Of a stretch of DNA of 64,000 nt, positions 40,974 to 51,251 are shown piece by piece. A program made the translations under genes and the position numbers. Each line of letters begins with the position of its first letter. Position 1 is the stretch's first letter. This DNA comes from a bacterium. Lineage in GTDB: Bacteria; BMS3Abin14. Location of the stretch: positions 43,625 through 107,624 of the forward strand of contig CP070719.1 of NCBI GenBank assembly GCA_020350725.1, read 5' to 3'. Below the pieces are notes generated by a model that saw nothing but the letters and a program-made list of their open reading frames with translations, did no database searches and was not told the origin of the DNA.

Positions 40974-43292
40974 ATGCTGCTCCGCCTGTCCGTCCTCCTC
41001 CTGTCCTCTTCGGTCCTCTGCTACGAGATCGTCATCATACGGCTTCTCACCATCTCTCACTGGCAACCCTTCGTCACCCTGGCCATCTCCGTCGCCCTGC
41101 TCGGCTTCGGTATCAGCGGGAGTGTCCTGGTGCGTACGGGCGGGTTCCTCTTTCCGAGGCGCCACGTCTGCTACCCTCTCTTCGCCGCCCTGGCCGCCCT
41201 TTCCTACAGGCCGATGCTGGCCGCGGCCGGCCTTCTCCGGCTTGAACCGGCCCTGATCGTCAGGGATCTGGAGCAGTGGGCGACCCTTGCTCTCCTGGTG
41301 GTCACGCTGACCTTGCCTTTTCTCCTCGCCTCACTCGCCCTCGCCCTGCCCCTTCTGGAGCGCGAGACAGTGGGCCGATATTATGGGTGGAACCTCACCG
41401 GGTCCTGTCTCGGAGCCCTTATGGCCCTGGCGGCCCTCGCCCTTCTCCCCCCCGGCGCCCTGGCAGGCGTGCCGACGGCGGCCGCCGCCGCCGCATGCGC
41501 CGTGTCCCTTCCCCATTATCACCGGCTGTCCCGTCCCTATGACATGGTGATCCTGGCGACGGCGATCCTCCTCCCGACTTTACTCATACCTTTCGGCCCC
41601 GTTCGCTACGGTCCTTACAAGGACATCTCCTATGCCCTCCTGCTCCCCGGGTCCCGGATCTCCGCCCGGGAGGGGGGCGTCACGGGGTTGATCCAGGCCG
41701 TTCAGGCGCCGGCGATACGTTCAGCAGCGGGGCTCTCGACCGGTTATCCGGGCCAATTGCCCCCCCAGGGGGCGCTTTTCAGGGACGGCGACCGCATCGG
41801 GACGCTCGTCCTGGCTGACGACGTAGCGGATACCCGCCTGGAGTATGTCCGCTGGCAGACGGGAGCAGCTGCCTACGAGATGCTGACCCCCGGAGCGGAG
41901 GTGGCTGTCGTCGGTTTCGACGGAGGGGAGGAGATGGTAAGGTCGCTGGTCTACGGGGCCTCCCGGGTTGCGGTAGCCGAAGCGGATCCGGTGGCGCAGA
42001 GGATGGCAGGGTCGACTCCCGAGGTCTTCAAGGAGTGGATATTTTTCCACCCGGGTGTGTCCCTGGTCACCTCCAATATCCGATCCTTTCTGGTCTCGGC
42101 TCCGGGACGGTTCGATGCAGTGATCTTCCCGGCCTCGGGCAACCTGGCGGCCGCCGCGGCGGGGTTGACCGGCACGGCTGAAAGCTATGAACTCACCCAT
42201 GAGGGAATAGGCGCCGCCCTGGAGGCCCTCCGGGAGGGAGGCCTGGTCGCCATCAGCGGGTGGAACCAGGAGCCGCCCACCGCCCGCCTGAAGATATTGG
42301 CCGTGCTGAGGGACCTGGCCGAGGACCTGAACGAGAGCTGGTACCCAGAAGGGGTGGCCGTCATCGAGGGGTGGTCCACCCACACCGTCATCGTCCGACG
42401 CACTGCCCTCTCGGCAGGGGATCTGGATGCCCTGGCGGCCTTCTGCCGATCCAGGGCCTTTTCCCTGGTCAGGAAATGGGACCTTGGGGATGGGGAGGGG
42501 AGGATGCTGGGAGAGCGGAACGTGGGCGGTCTTGAAGGGTATGATCTGCGGCCGCCCGTGGACGACAGGCCCTTCCCCTGGCACTCCATGAAAGTGTCCC
42601 AGCTGGGCCGCATGGCCGGCCGCCGGGGGGAGGCAGCCTTCCTGAAGGTCGAGTGGGGATTTCTCTTCCTGATCATGACCCTGGTCCTGTCGGTGGCGCT
42701 TTCGCTGGTTCTGTTGGCCCTTTCCAGGCCAGCCAACCGATCGTCGGCCGCCCGTTGGCCGTTTACCCTTTACTTCTCCTCTCTGGGAATTGGGTACATG
42801 GTCATCGAGGTCATGACCATCAAGAGGGGCGGCCTCGTCCTGGCGCCTCCGGCCGTCTCGGCCGCCCTCGTTCTGGCCGGCTTTCTCCTCTTCTCCGGGC
42901 TGGGGAGTCTCACGGCGGGTAAACTCCACCGCAGGACAGGACATGTTCCCATGCTGTTCCCGTTCATCCCGATCGCGGCAGCGGGCATTTACTTCCTGAT
43001 GCCCCACCTCGTCCAGCTGGCGACGCCGATCAGGGTCATCATGGTCCTTGTCCTTTTGGCCCCCTGCGCCTACCTGATGGGGTTTCCTTTCCCGGCGGCT
43101 CTCGGCGGTTTCCGAACCCGAAGGGAATCCCTTGTGCCGTGGGCGTGGGCCGCCTCGGGATACACGTCGGTCCTCGGCAGTTCCCTGGCCGGGGTTCTGG
43201 CCATCACCGGAGGCCTCTTCGTCCTGCTCCTCCTCGGAGCCGCCTGTTATGTCCTGGCCGCCATCCTTTTTCCCCGGGTGGCACGGGAGTGA
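40974..43292 (+). CDS. polytopic membrane protein with central spermidine-synthase-like (methyltransferase-fold) domain
   Basis: 772 aa; N- and C-terminal multi-TM blocks; N-terminal YEIVIIRLL motif typical of membrane-fused SpeE-like proteins; starts 7 nt after pcm. Confidence 0.55.
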   Translation: MLLRLSVLLLSSSVLCYEIVIIRLLTISHWQPFVTLAISVALLGFGISGSVLVRTGGFLFPRRHVCYPLFAALAALSYRPMLAAAGLLRLEPALIVRDLEQWATLALLVVTLTLPFLLASLALALPLLERETVGRYYGWNLTGSCLGALMALAALALLPPGALAGVPTAAAAAACAVSLPHYHRLSRPYDMVILATAILLPTLLIPFGPVRYGPYKDISYALLLPGSRISAREGGVTGLIQAVQAPAIRSAAGLSTGYPGQLPPQGALFRDGDRIGTLVLADDVADTRLEYVRWQTGAAAYEMLTPGAEVAVVGFDGGEEMVRSLVYGASRVAVAEADPVAQRMAGSTPEVFKEWIFFHPGVSLVTSNIRSFLVSAPGRFDAVIFPASGNLAAAAAGLTGTAESYELTHEGIGAALEALREGGLVAISGWNQEPPTARLKILAVLRDLAEDLNESWYPEGVAVIEGWSTHTVIVRRTALSAGDLDALAAFCRSRAFSLVRKWDLGDGEGRMLGERNVGGLEGYDLRPPVDDRPFPWHSMKVSQLGRMAGRRGEAAFLKVEWGFLFLIMTLVLSVALSLVLLALSRPANRSSAARWPFTLYFSSLGIGYMVIEVMTIKRGGLVLAPPAVSAALVLAGFLLFSGLGSLTAGKLHRRTGHVPMLFPFIPIAAAGIYFLMPHLVQLATPIRVIMVLVLLAPCAYLMGFPFPAALGGFRTRRESLVPWAWAASGYTSVLGSSLAGVLAITGGLFVLLLLGAACYVLAAILFPRVARE

Positions 43293-43432
43293 CGGTTCCT
43301 CCGGATCGGCCCCGCCGGGTGCGGACGTGACGGCATCGCCGTCGCCGGAAGGGGGTTAAGGGTGCGGGATGGTCCTTGAAGAGGGCAGCCCCTGGGCTTT
43401 TCTTTCGGCGGGGAGTGGCCGGAAAGGGAAAC

Positions 43433-44467
43433 ATGACGGAGCATATCATCCACATAGACGGATCCCTTGGCGAGGGAGGCGGGCAGGTTCTCAGGACGGC
43501 CACCGGCCTGTCGTCCCTGCTGAAGATCCCGGTTCGGGTTGACAATATCAGGGCGAGCAGGCCTCGACCCGGCCTGGCAGCCCAGCACATGACCGGCATC
43601 AAGGCGCTTTGCCGTCTCACCGGCGGAACAGCCGAGGGCCTTTCGGTTGGATCGGAAGAAGTCATATTCAGACCGGGCGGCGGACAGAAGGCGCGACTGG
43701 ATATCGATGTCGGCACGGCCGGATCCGTCACCCTGATCCTCCAGGGGCTCCTCGTTGCCCTGGCGAGGGCTCCCGGCCGGGTCCGGTTGACCCTGAGGGG
43801 GGGCACAGACGTGGGATGGAGCCCCCCCTTTCACTATTTCTCGCGGGTTCTGTGCCCCCTGCTCGCCCAGATGGGGATTCCGGTCAAGGGGCGGCTGATC
43901 CGTACCGGTTTCTATCCCAAGGGGGGCGGGGAAGTGGAGGTGGCGGTGACCGCCCCGGGTCCCCTGCAGCCGTTCCGCCCGGCATCTCCCCCGGCGGCCC
44001 CCGCCATCCGGGCCTTTGTCGTGGCCAGCGAGGACCTGAGGAAAGCCCGGGTGGCCGAAAGGCTTCTCAGGGGGGCGAGGTCGATCTTTCCGGAGATCAA
44101 GGCCGAAAGGGAATATCGGTCCTGCCTGTCCACGGGGTGTTCCATCGTCGTAACCGCTTCCGGTGGTGGAGCCGTCCTGGGAGCTGATTCCCTCGGGGAG
44201 AAGGGGACCAGGGCCGAGGAGGTCGGAGCGAGGGCGGCGGCGCGCCTTGCCGAAGAGCTGGCGTCGGACGTATCGGTCGACGAATGGGCCTCGGATCAGA
44301 TCCTTCCCTTCCTGGCCCTGGCCGGCGGCGAGTCCTCCTTTCTCGCCCGGACCCTGACCCGGCACGCCGAGACGAACATGAGGATCATAGAACGCTTCCT
44401 CCCGGCCCGGTTTCGCGTCCAGGAGGTGGGAGGAAAGGTTCGGGTTTCCTGCCTCCCGAAAGGGTGA
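43433..44467 (+). CDS. rtcA: RNA 3'-terminal phosphate cyclase
   Basis: IDGSLGEGGGQVLRTA N-terminus and overall RtcA-like sequence; start at internal Met. Confidence 0.8.
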   Translation: MTEHIIHIDGSLGEGGGQVLRTATGLSSLLKIPVRVDNIRASRPRPGLAAQHMTGIKALCRLTGGTAEGLSVGSEEVIFRPGGGQKARLDIDVGTAGSVTLILQGLLVALARAPGRVRLTLRGGTDVGWSPPFHYFSRVLCPLLAQMGIPVKGRLIRTGFYPKGGGEVEVAVTAPGPLQPFRPASPPAAPAIRAFVVASEDLRKARVAERLLRGARSIFPEIKAEREYRSCLSTGCSIVVTASGGGAVLGADSLGEKGTRAEEVGARAAARLAEELASDVSVDEWASDQILPFLALAGGESSFLARTLTRHAETNMRIIERFLPARFRVQEVGGKVRVSCLPKG

Positions 44468-44578
44468 GCGCCGTCTCGGGATGGTCAGGACCCCTTGCCG
44501 AATTTCCCCATCGGTTGCGGTATAATAATCAGTAGGGAACCATCATCCTTTTCCATTCACCGGGGGGAGGTGACGACC

Positions 44579-44812
44579 ATGAAAAGGGAAGGGTATTCTG
44601 AGGCGGAAGGCACCGAAGAGGTAAGCTCGTCGGAGCTGGGGGGCGTTTCGATCATTCTGACACCGGAAGAGAGGGAGATCCTCGTCGACGTGTTGGACAC
44701 CTGCCTGTCCGACCTGAGGATGCAGATCGCCCACACGGACCGCCAGAATTTTCGCGACATGCTCAAGGAGAGGAAGAAAGTCCTCATGAAGGTCCGGGAC
44801 AGGTTCATCTGA
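44579..44812 (+). CDS. hypothetical small acidic protein
   Basis: 77 aa from ATG preceded by GGGGAGGTGA. Confidence 0.4.
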   Translation: MKREGYSEAEGTEEVSSSELGGVSIILTPEEREILVDVLDTCLSDLRMQIAHTDRQNFRDMLKERKKVLMKVRDRFI

Positions 44813-44862
44813 GAACGGTCCACGGGGGACGAGCCCGGCAGAGGATATGTTGTTTTTGGTCA

Positions 44863-44899
44863 AGAGGGCCGGCTTCGGCAGCAGGCCCTCTGGTTTTTT
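44863..44899. terminator. probable bidirectional rho-independent terminator
   Basis: 8-bp perfect stem AGAGGGCC...GGCCCTCT followed by TTTTTT, T-run also on the 5' side; between convergent genes. Confidence 0.55.
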
Positions 44900-44929
44900 A
44901 TCGGATCTCGCCTCCGGGACCCGCTGGAT

Positions 44930-45403
44930 TCAGGCCATGCGCGGCCTTCTCATGAGTTCCTCCTCGCTCTGAATCTCCAGGGGAACGACGAGGATGTCGC
45001 AGGGAGCGTGACGGATCACCTTTTCCGAAGCGTGGGACACGAAGAGGTGTTCCAGGGCTCCTCCCCACTTGTGGCTTCCGATGACGATGGCGGACACATT
45101 CTCCTCTTTCGCCACCCTGAGGATCTCGCGGAACGGCACCCCGAACTCCACCCGGAACGGTGTCCCCTGGGCGTACCTCGACGCGAACCGCTCCACGTCA
45201 CTGGCCGCATCTTCTATGAGTTCCTCCCGGGCCTTGTCGGTGGACAGGTGAGGGATATGAAACCCCGCGAACTCCGACGGGTTGAAGACGACGTGGAGGA
45301 GAATGATCTCGCCGTTGGTGCCGGAGGCAAACTCCAGCGCCTTGGCCATCACCTTGTCCGAATCCTGGCTCAGGTCGATGGGTACCAGTATCTTTCTGCT
45401 CAT
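44930..45403 (-). CDS. universal stress protein (UspA family)
   Basis: MSRKILVPIDLS...; C-terminal GSHKWGG...VIRHAPCDILVV; start at internal Met with GAGGAGG upstream. Confidence 0.75.
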   Translation of the reverse strand: MSRKILVPIDLSQDSDKVMAKALEFASGTNGEIILLHVVFNPSEFAGFHIPHLSTDKAREELIEDAASDVERFASRYAQGTPFRVEFGVPFREILRVAKEENVSAIVIGSHKWGGALEHLFVSHASEKVIRHAPCDILVVPLEIQSEEELMRRPRMA

Positions 45404-45503
45404 GGCGGGCTCCTCCTCTTGCGACCACCTCTGGGGTACCGGGGAGTGAAAGGCCCTGCTCTCCGGCGGAAAGGCTCGAGCAGCGGGATGCCCGACATCT
45501 CCC

Positions 45504-46238
45504 CTATCGCATGTCGCGGATACGGACTTCGATATCCTGGTCGGCCAGGAGCTTTGCCAGCGCGGCGGGGTCCGTTTCACCGAAATGGTATGGGTAGAGG
45601 ATCCTCGGCCTGAAGGACCGGGCCGCTTCGGCTGCCATCTCCGGCGTCATCGTGTAGGGAAGGTTCATGGGAAGAAAGGCGACGTCAATCCCCTTCAGAT
45701 CGGCCATCTCCGGGATGTTCTCGGTATCCCCGGCAACATAGACTCTGGTGTCTGCAAAGGTGAGGACATAGCCGTTGCCGACGCCTTTGGGGTGGAAGGG
45801 GTTGCCGGGGCTCCTCATGTGAACCAGGTTGTACGCCGGCACCGCCTCGATGGTGACCCCTGAAACCGTCCTGCTGGATCCGTTGCCCATTGGCAGGCCG
45901 CCGCTGACCTTGGGGGCGCTGGCCTCGTTGAGGACGACGACCGTTCCGTCTTTCCTTATCTCCCCGATGGCAGCGGAATCCAGATGGTCCCGGTGGTCAT
46001 GGGTGATCAGAATGACATCGGCATCGGGGAGCTTTGAATAGTCGGCAAGGTTTCCATAGGGGTCCACATGGAGGACTTTGCCTCGGAAGGTGATATACAG
46101 AGATCCATGTCCCACGAAGGTGATGGCCAGCTCGCCATCCGAGGTCATGATCCTGTCAGTGGCCAATCCGTCTCCCGCCACGGCATATCCCCCCCCTGCC
46201 AACAGAAAAAACAGGGCAATCAGAGCATTCCTTGCCAT
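45504..46238 (-). CDS. secreted metallo-beta-lactamase-fold hydrolase
   Basis: Signal peptide; HxHxDH motif (ITHDHRDHLD). Confidence 0.75.
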   Translation of the reverse strand: MARNALIALFFLLAGGGYAVAGDGLATDRIMTSDGELAITFVGHGSLYITFRGKVLHVDPYGNLADYSKLPDADVILITHDHRDHLDSAAIGEIRKDGTVVVLNEASAPKVSGGLPMGNGSSRTVSGVTIEAVPAYNLVHMRSPGNPFHPKGVGNGYVLTFADTRVYVAGDTENIPEMADLKGIDVAFLPMNLPYTMTPEMAAEAARSFRPRILYPYHFGETDPAALAKLLADQDIEVRIRDMR

Positions 46239-46396
46239 CGGTCACCTCCTGTTCTGAGAACCGGGCTGTCCCTATAGATCATTATAGAGCATCTGACCTC
46301 GACAGGGTGACGGCTGACGGCATTGGAAAGCCGGATTCGACAGCGGCCGCTCTGCGTCAGCCCGGACCAGAAACGATGGCACCTTCTGCGTCGGGC

Positions 46397-47128
46397 CTAA
46401 TCTCTTTGCATCCGACTGAGATTCTGCCGCTCGATGTCGCCTTCGAGGCGCTGGGCGAGAAAATGATCAGGGGCGATCCTCTTTATGGAGACCAGGCAGT
46501 CAAAGGCCTTCACCGTGTCGGCAGCCTTCAGAAAGCCTGTCCCGAGGCTGTAGAACCATTGGGCCAGTTCGTCCTCCGAGGTCTCTGTCGTCTTGCCCTC
46601 CATCATCATCTCGGCGAGGTTGAACGCGGAACTCTCGTCGCCCTGACCGGCGGCCATCCGGAACCACCGCTCGGCCAGTGCATCATCAGCCACCACTCCG
46701 GCCCCTTCCATGTAGAGTTTCCCGAGAAAGGCCTGGGCGTATGCGACTCCCCCTTCGGCTGACGCCGTAATGGCCTTGACGACGCTGGAGTCCGGTCCGA
46801 AACCGAACCCTTTGATCAACATGGTCCCCAGCTTCATCTTCGCACCGCTGTCCCCGCGCTCGGCCGCCTGCCAGTACCAGAAACCCGCTTCCTCCAGGTC
46901 CGGGGCCACTCCCATACCCTGCTCGTAGATCACCCCCAGGTTGAATATGGAGTCAACATCCCCCTTTTCGGCGGCCCGCTTGAGCCACGTCAGGGCAAGG
47001 TCCATATCCTGAGGGACTCCCTGTCCGGCTGCGTACAGGGTGCCCAGCCGGCCCTGGGCCCCCGCGTCTCCCTTTTCGGCCGCCTCGATCAGGCTCTGCA
47101 GTTCCTGTTTTTCAAGGTCTTCCGTCAA
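46397..47128 (-). CDS. Sel1-repeat protein
   Basis: Repeated Sel1-like units; start placed at TTG after AGGAGGGAG to avoid overlap with the divergent gene; start uncertain. Confidence 0.6.
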   Translation of the reverse strand: MTEDLEKQELQSLIEAAEKGDAGAQGRLGTLYAAGQGVPQDMDLALTWLKRAAEKGDVDSIFNLGVIYEQGMGVAPDLEEAGFWYWQAAERGDSGAKMKLGTMLIKGFGFGPDSSVVKAITASAEGGVAYAQAFLGKLYMEGAGVVADDALAERWFRMAAGQGDESSAFNLAEMMMEGKTTETSEDELAQWFYSLGTGFLKAADTVKAFDCLVSIKRIAPDHFLAQRLEGDIERQNLSRMQRD

Positions 47129-47238
47129 AGCTCCCTCCTGAATTTCCGGGCTGGTTTGCCAATTAAGGCCACCGCATGATCGACCAATGTTATACTGAAA
47201 GGTACTCAATTGGAACCGCCTTTGCGAGGAGGGGACCA

Positions 47239-47928
47239 ATGCCCTACATCGCCGGGGTAGACGGGTGCCCGGCCGGCTGGATCGTGGTGCTTGTCGAGAT
47301 CCACGAAGCAGTGGTCCGGGAGGAAGCTCTTCTCTTCGGCAGTTTCGAGGAGGTCCTGTCCGCCTCCCCCCGGCCCGCCGTCATCGCCGTGGACTCCCCC
47401 ATAGGCCTCCTCGAACGGAGGGAGGCCGGCGGCAGGCAGTGCGATCGGGAGGCCCGGAGGGTCCTGGGAAAACCTCGATCCAGCAGCATCTTCTCGCCAC
47501 CGCCAAGGCCCGCCCTCACGGTCGGGGACTTCACAGAAGCCGCCGTATGGGGCCTGAACAGGCAGTCATTCGGCATCATGGCGAAGGTGCGTGAACTCGA
47601 CGATATCATGACACCGGAACGGCAGTCGCTGGTCCACGAGGTCCATCCTGAGGTGACCTTTTTCGTCATGGACGGACTGGTGCCCATGGCCGAGGGCAAG
47701 AGGAGCAGGTCCGGCAGGGAGGCGCGGCGGGCGATCCTCGGCCGGTACTTCTATCAGGTCGATGAGATGCTCGGAAAATATCCCAGAAGGTCGGTCGGTT
47801 CCGAAGATGTCCTCGACGCCTACGCTGCGGCCTGGACCGCCATGAGGATCTATCGGAAGGAGGCGGGACGGATACCGGATGACCCTCCCAGGGATGAAAA
47901 AGGGCTCGAGATGGCCATCTGGTACTGA
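47239..47928 (+). CDS. DUF429-like protein (predicted RNase H-fold nuclease)
   Basis: MPYIAGVDGCPAGWIVV N-terminus typical of DUF429; start at internal Met. Confidence 0.55.
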   Translation: MPYIAGVDGCPAGWIVVLVEIHEAVVREEALLFGSFEEVLSASPRPAVIAVDSPIGLLERREAGGRQCDREARRVLGKPRSSSIFSPPPRPALTVGDFTEAAVWGLNRQSFGIMAKVRELDDIMTPERQSLVHEVHPEVTFFVMDGLVPMAEGKRSRSGREARRAILGRYFYQVDEMLGKYPRRSVGSEDVLDAYAAAWTAMRIYRKEAGRIPDDPPRDEKGLEMAIWY

Positions 47929-48297
47929 TGCAGACCCCTGGCCGTCGCTGTGCCGGCTGCTGATGGCCGATGCTTCCCTCCCATAACGTCCGCCGGTCAA
48001 AAGGGGAAAGGGGCCATCGACCACTGCGCGGACAGGGAGGGGGCTGGAGTACCGGGCGGGCCCGGGTGGCTCCTTTTTTAAAACAATGTTATAATTTTAT
48101 TGCAACTGGGTGCAGACGGATGGGGATCCCGTACATTCAGACTGACGAATGACAGCCAGGACCAGCTCGAGACACCGCCGTCCGCCATGCGTCCATCGGA
48201 CGGTCAAAGGAGCTTGTGTCTCACAGGGAAAAGTCCCTGGTCGGGACGGAAGGGAGCGTCCGGCCATCCGCCGGACGGGTCCAAACCCGGGAAGACA

Positions 48298-49638
48298 GTG
48301 AAAGGAAGAATTTACCCTGTCATTTTTCTCGGTCTTTTTTTCCTTTTCCTTTGGGGAAGGGCCGGGGCAGGCGTGCCGAATGCCGGCGACGGCATGAGGA
48401 TCGGCTCGGCTGTCGGCCGGATCACGGTCTACAACTGGAAAGGCTCCTTTATGAGAAACGGATGGGGTTTTTTCATCGATGACCAGGGGTCGCTGGTTAC
48501 CTGGGGCCACCTGCTTGAGGGGGGCTCCTTTGCCGAGGTGACGACCTCAGCCGGCGAAACGGTGACGCTGACCCATATCGTCCACGAGGACAGAGAGACC
48601 GGCCTTGTCGTCGCCGGACTCGAGTATCCGCCCGACAGGATCACCTTCATTCGAACCCAGGACAGATTCCCCGGAGAGGGCGACAGGGTCCTGGTCGGGG
48701 GCGGCATCGGGTGTGATCCCGGTTCCTACGTCGACGGCCGGGTCCTCTCGGTGCGGGATGTGGACGTTTTCGGGTCCATGGCGAGGATATCCTCTCCCTT
48801 CGCCACCAGCGGCAGTCCCGTCTTCAACAGGTGGGGAAAACTGGTCGGGATGGTCTTCCTGAAGCCGGAGGGGTCCGGGGACGGGTCCTGGGCCGTCCCG
48901 GTCAGCGGGCTGGCAATGCTTGTCCAGGCGGAGAGGAAGCCCGTTGAGTATGCCCAGTGGTCCGACCAGGACGGGGGTGGTTGGCTGGAGGGAAACACGG
49001 GAGCCTACCTCGCCGGCTTTGTCTACTACTGGGCGGGCGATTTCGAGAACGCCCTGTCCTGCCTGGCGAGGGCGGCACGGGACGAGCGGTTCGCCCGGGA
49101 GGCCCATTTTCTCATAGGTGGATGCAACGACGGACTGGCCAGATACAGTCGATCCGTGGATGCCTATGCCATGGCCATCGCCCTGGGCAGCAGGTCGTCG
49201 GAGGCCCACCTCAGGCTGGCCCGGGCCTACCGGGAAACGGGTGATCTCGAATCGGCCATCGGCAGCTGCTGGGAAGCGATCAGGATAGAACACGAAAAAG
49301 CGGAAGCCTTTCTGCTCCTGTCAGCCATTTACAATGCCCTGGGCAACTTCCAGAACGCGCTTGCCGCCAGCTACGCCGCCATCAGGCTCCTGCCGGACAG
49401 CGCGGAGGCCTACCTGGAGGCCGGCATCTCGCTCAGGTCTATGAACAGGTTTCCCGACGCCGTGAGGCTCTTCAGGAAAGCCATGGCATCTCAGCCCGAA
49501 TGGGGCATTGTCTACTGGCACCTCGCCCTCACCTACTATTACAGCGGCGACCTGCCCTCGGCGATGGAGACCTGCGAAGCTCTGCGGCCCATTGACGGCC
49601 GGCTAGCCGAAAGGCTCCAGGCCGGCCTGAGGCAATAG
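48298..49638 (+). CDS. secreted trypsin-like serine protease domain fused to TPR repeats
   Basis: Signal-like N-terminus; S1-type GxSGxP-like motif (TSGSPV); C-terminal TPR repeats; start (GTG at 48298) uncertain. Confidence 0.55.
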   Translation: MKGRIYPVIFLGLFFLFLWGRAGAGVPNAGDGMRIGSAVGRITVYNWKGSFMRNGWGFFIDDQGSLVTWGHLLEGGSFAEVTTSAGETVTLTHIVHEDRETGLVVAGLEYPPDRITFIRTQDRFPGEGDRVLVGGGIGCDPGSYVDGRVLSVRDVDVFGSMARISSPFATSGSPVFNRWGKLVGMVFLKPEGSGDGSWAVPVSGLAMLVQAERKPVEYAQWSDQDGGGWLEGNTGAYLAGFVYYWAGDFENALSCLARAARDERFAREAHFLIGGCNDGLARYSRSVDAYAMAIALGSRSSEAHLRLARAYRETGDLESAIGSCWEAIRIEHEKAEAFLLLSAIYNALGNFQNALAASYAAIRLLPDSAEAYLEAGISLRSMNRFPDAVRLFRKAMASQPEWGIVYWHLALTYYYSGDLPSAMETCEALRPIDGRLAERLQAGLRQ

Positions 49639-49819
49639 GATCCGGAGGCCAGGGTCCCGGCAACCCGCCCCGGTGGCCCGAATCGCGGCGATCCACCCAT
49701 CCCCCGTCCCCTGACACTGATTCTCTTTGCACTTTCCGGCACCTCCGTATACATTGGCAATCGGCCCCTCCGGGCTCCCGAGGGGGGATCCACCGCCCCT
49801 GCCGCCAAGGAGATCGCCT

Positions 49820-51196
49820 GTGAAGAATTTCGTCCTGGACACCAACGTCATCCTCTATTCTCCCAACTGCCTGGACACCTTCGAGGACAACAACATCGTC
49901 ATCCCTTCAGTGGTCCTCGAGGAGCTGGACGCCTTCAAGAGGCACTACGATCCCAGGGGCTTCGCGGCGCGGCAGTTCTCCAGGCAGCTCGATGAGCTCA
50001 GGGTGAAGGGTGACATGACAAAGGGCGTCCAGCTGCAGAACGGCGGCAAGCTTTTCGTCAGGTTCTACGATGAGGACATCCATCTTCCCCGCGAGCTGGA
50101 GATGGCCATCGCCAGGACGGCAAGCGACAATGTCATCCTCAATGTGGCGCTGAGTGTCATGAAAGAGTCCAGGCTCCCGACCATCGTCGTCAGCAAGGAT
50201 ATCAACGTCCGCATCAAGGCCAACATCCTCGGTGTTGATTCGGAAGACTACTACCACAACAAGACGGTATCGGATTTTCAAGAGGACTCGGGTTTTGTCC
50301 TGGTCAAGGGGGCGTACATCGACCGGCTCTACCAGGAAAAAACACTGCCCGTTGAGGGCTATCGGAGTGACGGAAAGGAGTTCGATCCCCATCCCAACGA
50401 CTACTTCCTTCTCAAGAACGAGACCGACCTGAACCAGAGCGCGCTGGTCCGATACAGGGAGGACGAGCGTGGCGCCGGCCATCTCCAGCTCTTGGGCAAG
50501 CAGGACGACGTTTTCGGGATCCGGCCCCGAAACCACAAGCAGCGCTTTCTCATGGACGCGATCCTGGACGAGGACATCGATCTGGTCTTCTGCATGGGCA
50601 TCGCCGGAAGCGGCAAAACCCTTGTCTCCCTGGCCTGTGCCCTGGACATGGTCCTGGAGGAGAAGTTCAAGCGTCTCATCATCGCCCGCCCCATTATACC
50701 CATGGGTCCGGACCCCGGAGCGCTTCCGGGGAGCGAGATCGAGAAGGTCCGGCCCTGGCTTCAGCCCATATATGACAACCTGGAGTTTCTGGTGGACAAT
50801 CTGGCCAACGGCTACCACGGCAAGGGAAAGGACCTGCACCACGGGGCGAGGGACATCACCCTTCAGTATCTCTTCGACGCCAAACTCATCGAGGTGCAGC
50901 CCCTGGCGTATATCAGGGGCAGAAATGTGTCCAACGGTATCTTCATGATCGATGAGGCCCAGAACCTGACGCCCCATGAGATCAAGACCATCATCACGAG
51001 GGCTGGCGAGAACACGAAGATCATCCTCACGGGCGACATCTACCAGATCGACAGCCCCTACATGAGCCCGACCGATAACGGACTGGCCGTGGCCTCCGAG
51101 AAGTTCAGGATGTCCGACGACAATATCTCGGCCACCCTCTTTCTGGACAAAGGGGAGAGGAGCCGGCTGGCCACAACGGCCGCCAGGATCCTCTAG
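49820..51196 (+). CDS. PhoH2-type protein (N-terminal PIN domain fused to PhoH-like ATPase)
   Basis: PIN motif FVLDTNVIL...D; PhoH Walker A GIAGSGKT; GTG start after AAGGAG. Confidence 0.8.
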   Translation: MKNFVLDTNVILYSPNCLDTFEDNNIVIPSVVLEELDAFKRHYDPRGFAARQFSRQLDELRVKGDMTKGVQLQNGGKLFVRFYDEDIHLPRELEMAIARTASDNVILNVALSVMKESRLPTIVVSKDINVRIKANILGVDSEDYYHNKTVSDFQEDSGFVLVKGAYIDRLYQEKTLPVEGYRSDGKEFDPHPNDYFLLKNETDLNQSALVRYREDERGAGHLQLLGKQDDVFGIRPRNHKQRFLMDAILDEDIDLVFCMGIAGSGKTLVSLACALDMVLEEKFKRLIIARPIIPMGPDPGALPGSEIEKVRPWLQPIYDNLEFLVDNLANGYHGKGKDLHHGARDITLQYLFDAKLIEVQPLAYIRGRNVSNGIFMIDEAQNLTPHEIKTIITRAGENTKIILTGDIYQIDSPYMSPTDNGLAVASEKFRMSDDNISATLFLDKGERSRLATTAARIL

Positions 51197-51251
51197 ACTG
51201 ACGGGGAGGGAGGGGCCCCGGGCCCGGCCGGCAGGGCCAGGACTTGAAGCA

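Noticed and set aside
41721-43007. 428-aa minus-strand ORF
   Set aside because: Antisense to the large membrane protein gene; Arg/Gly/Pro-rich artefact.
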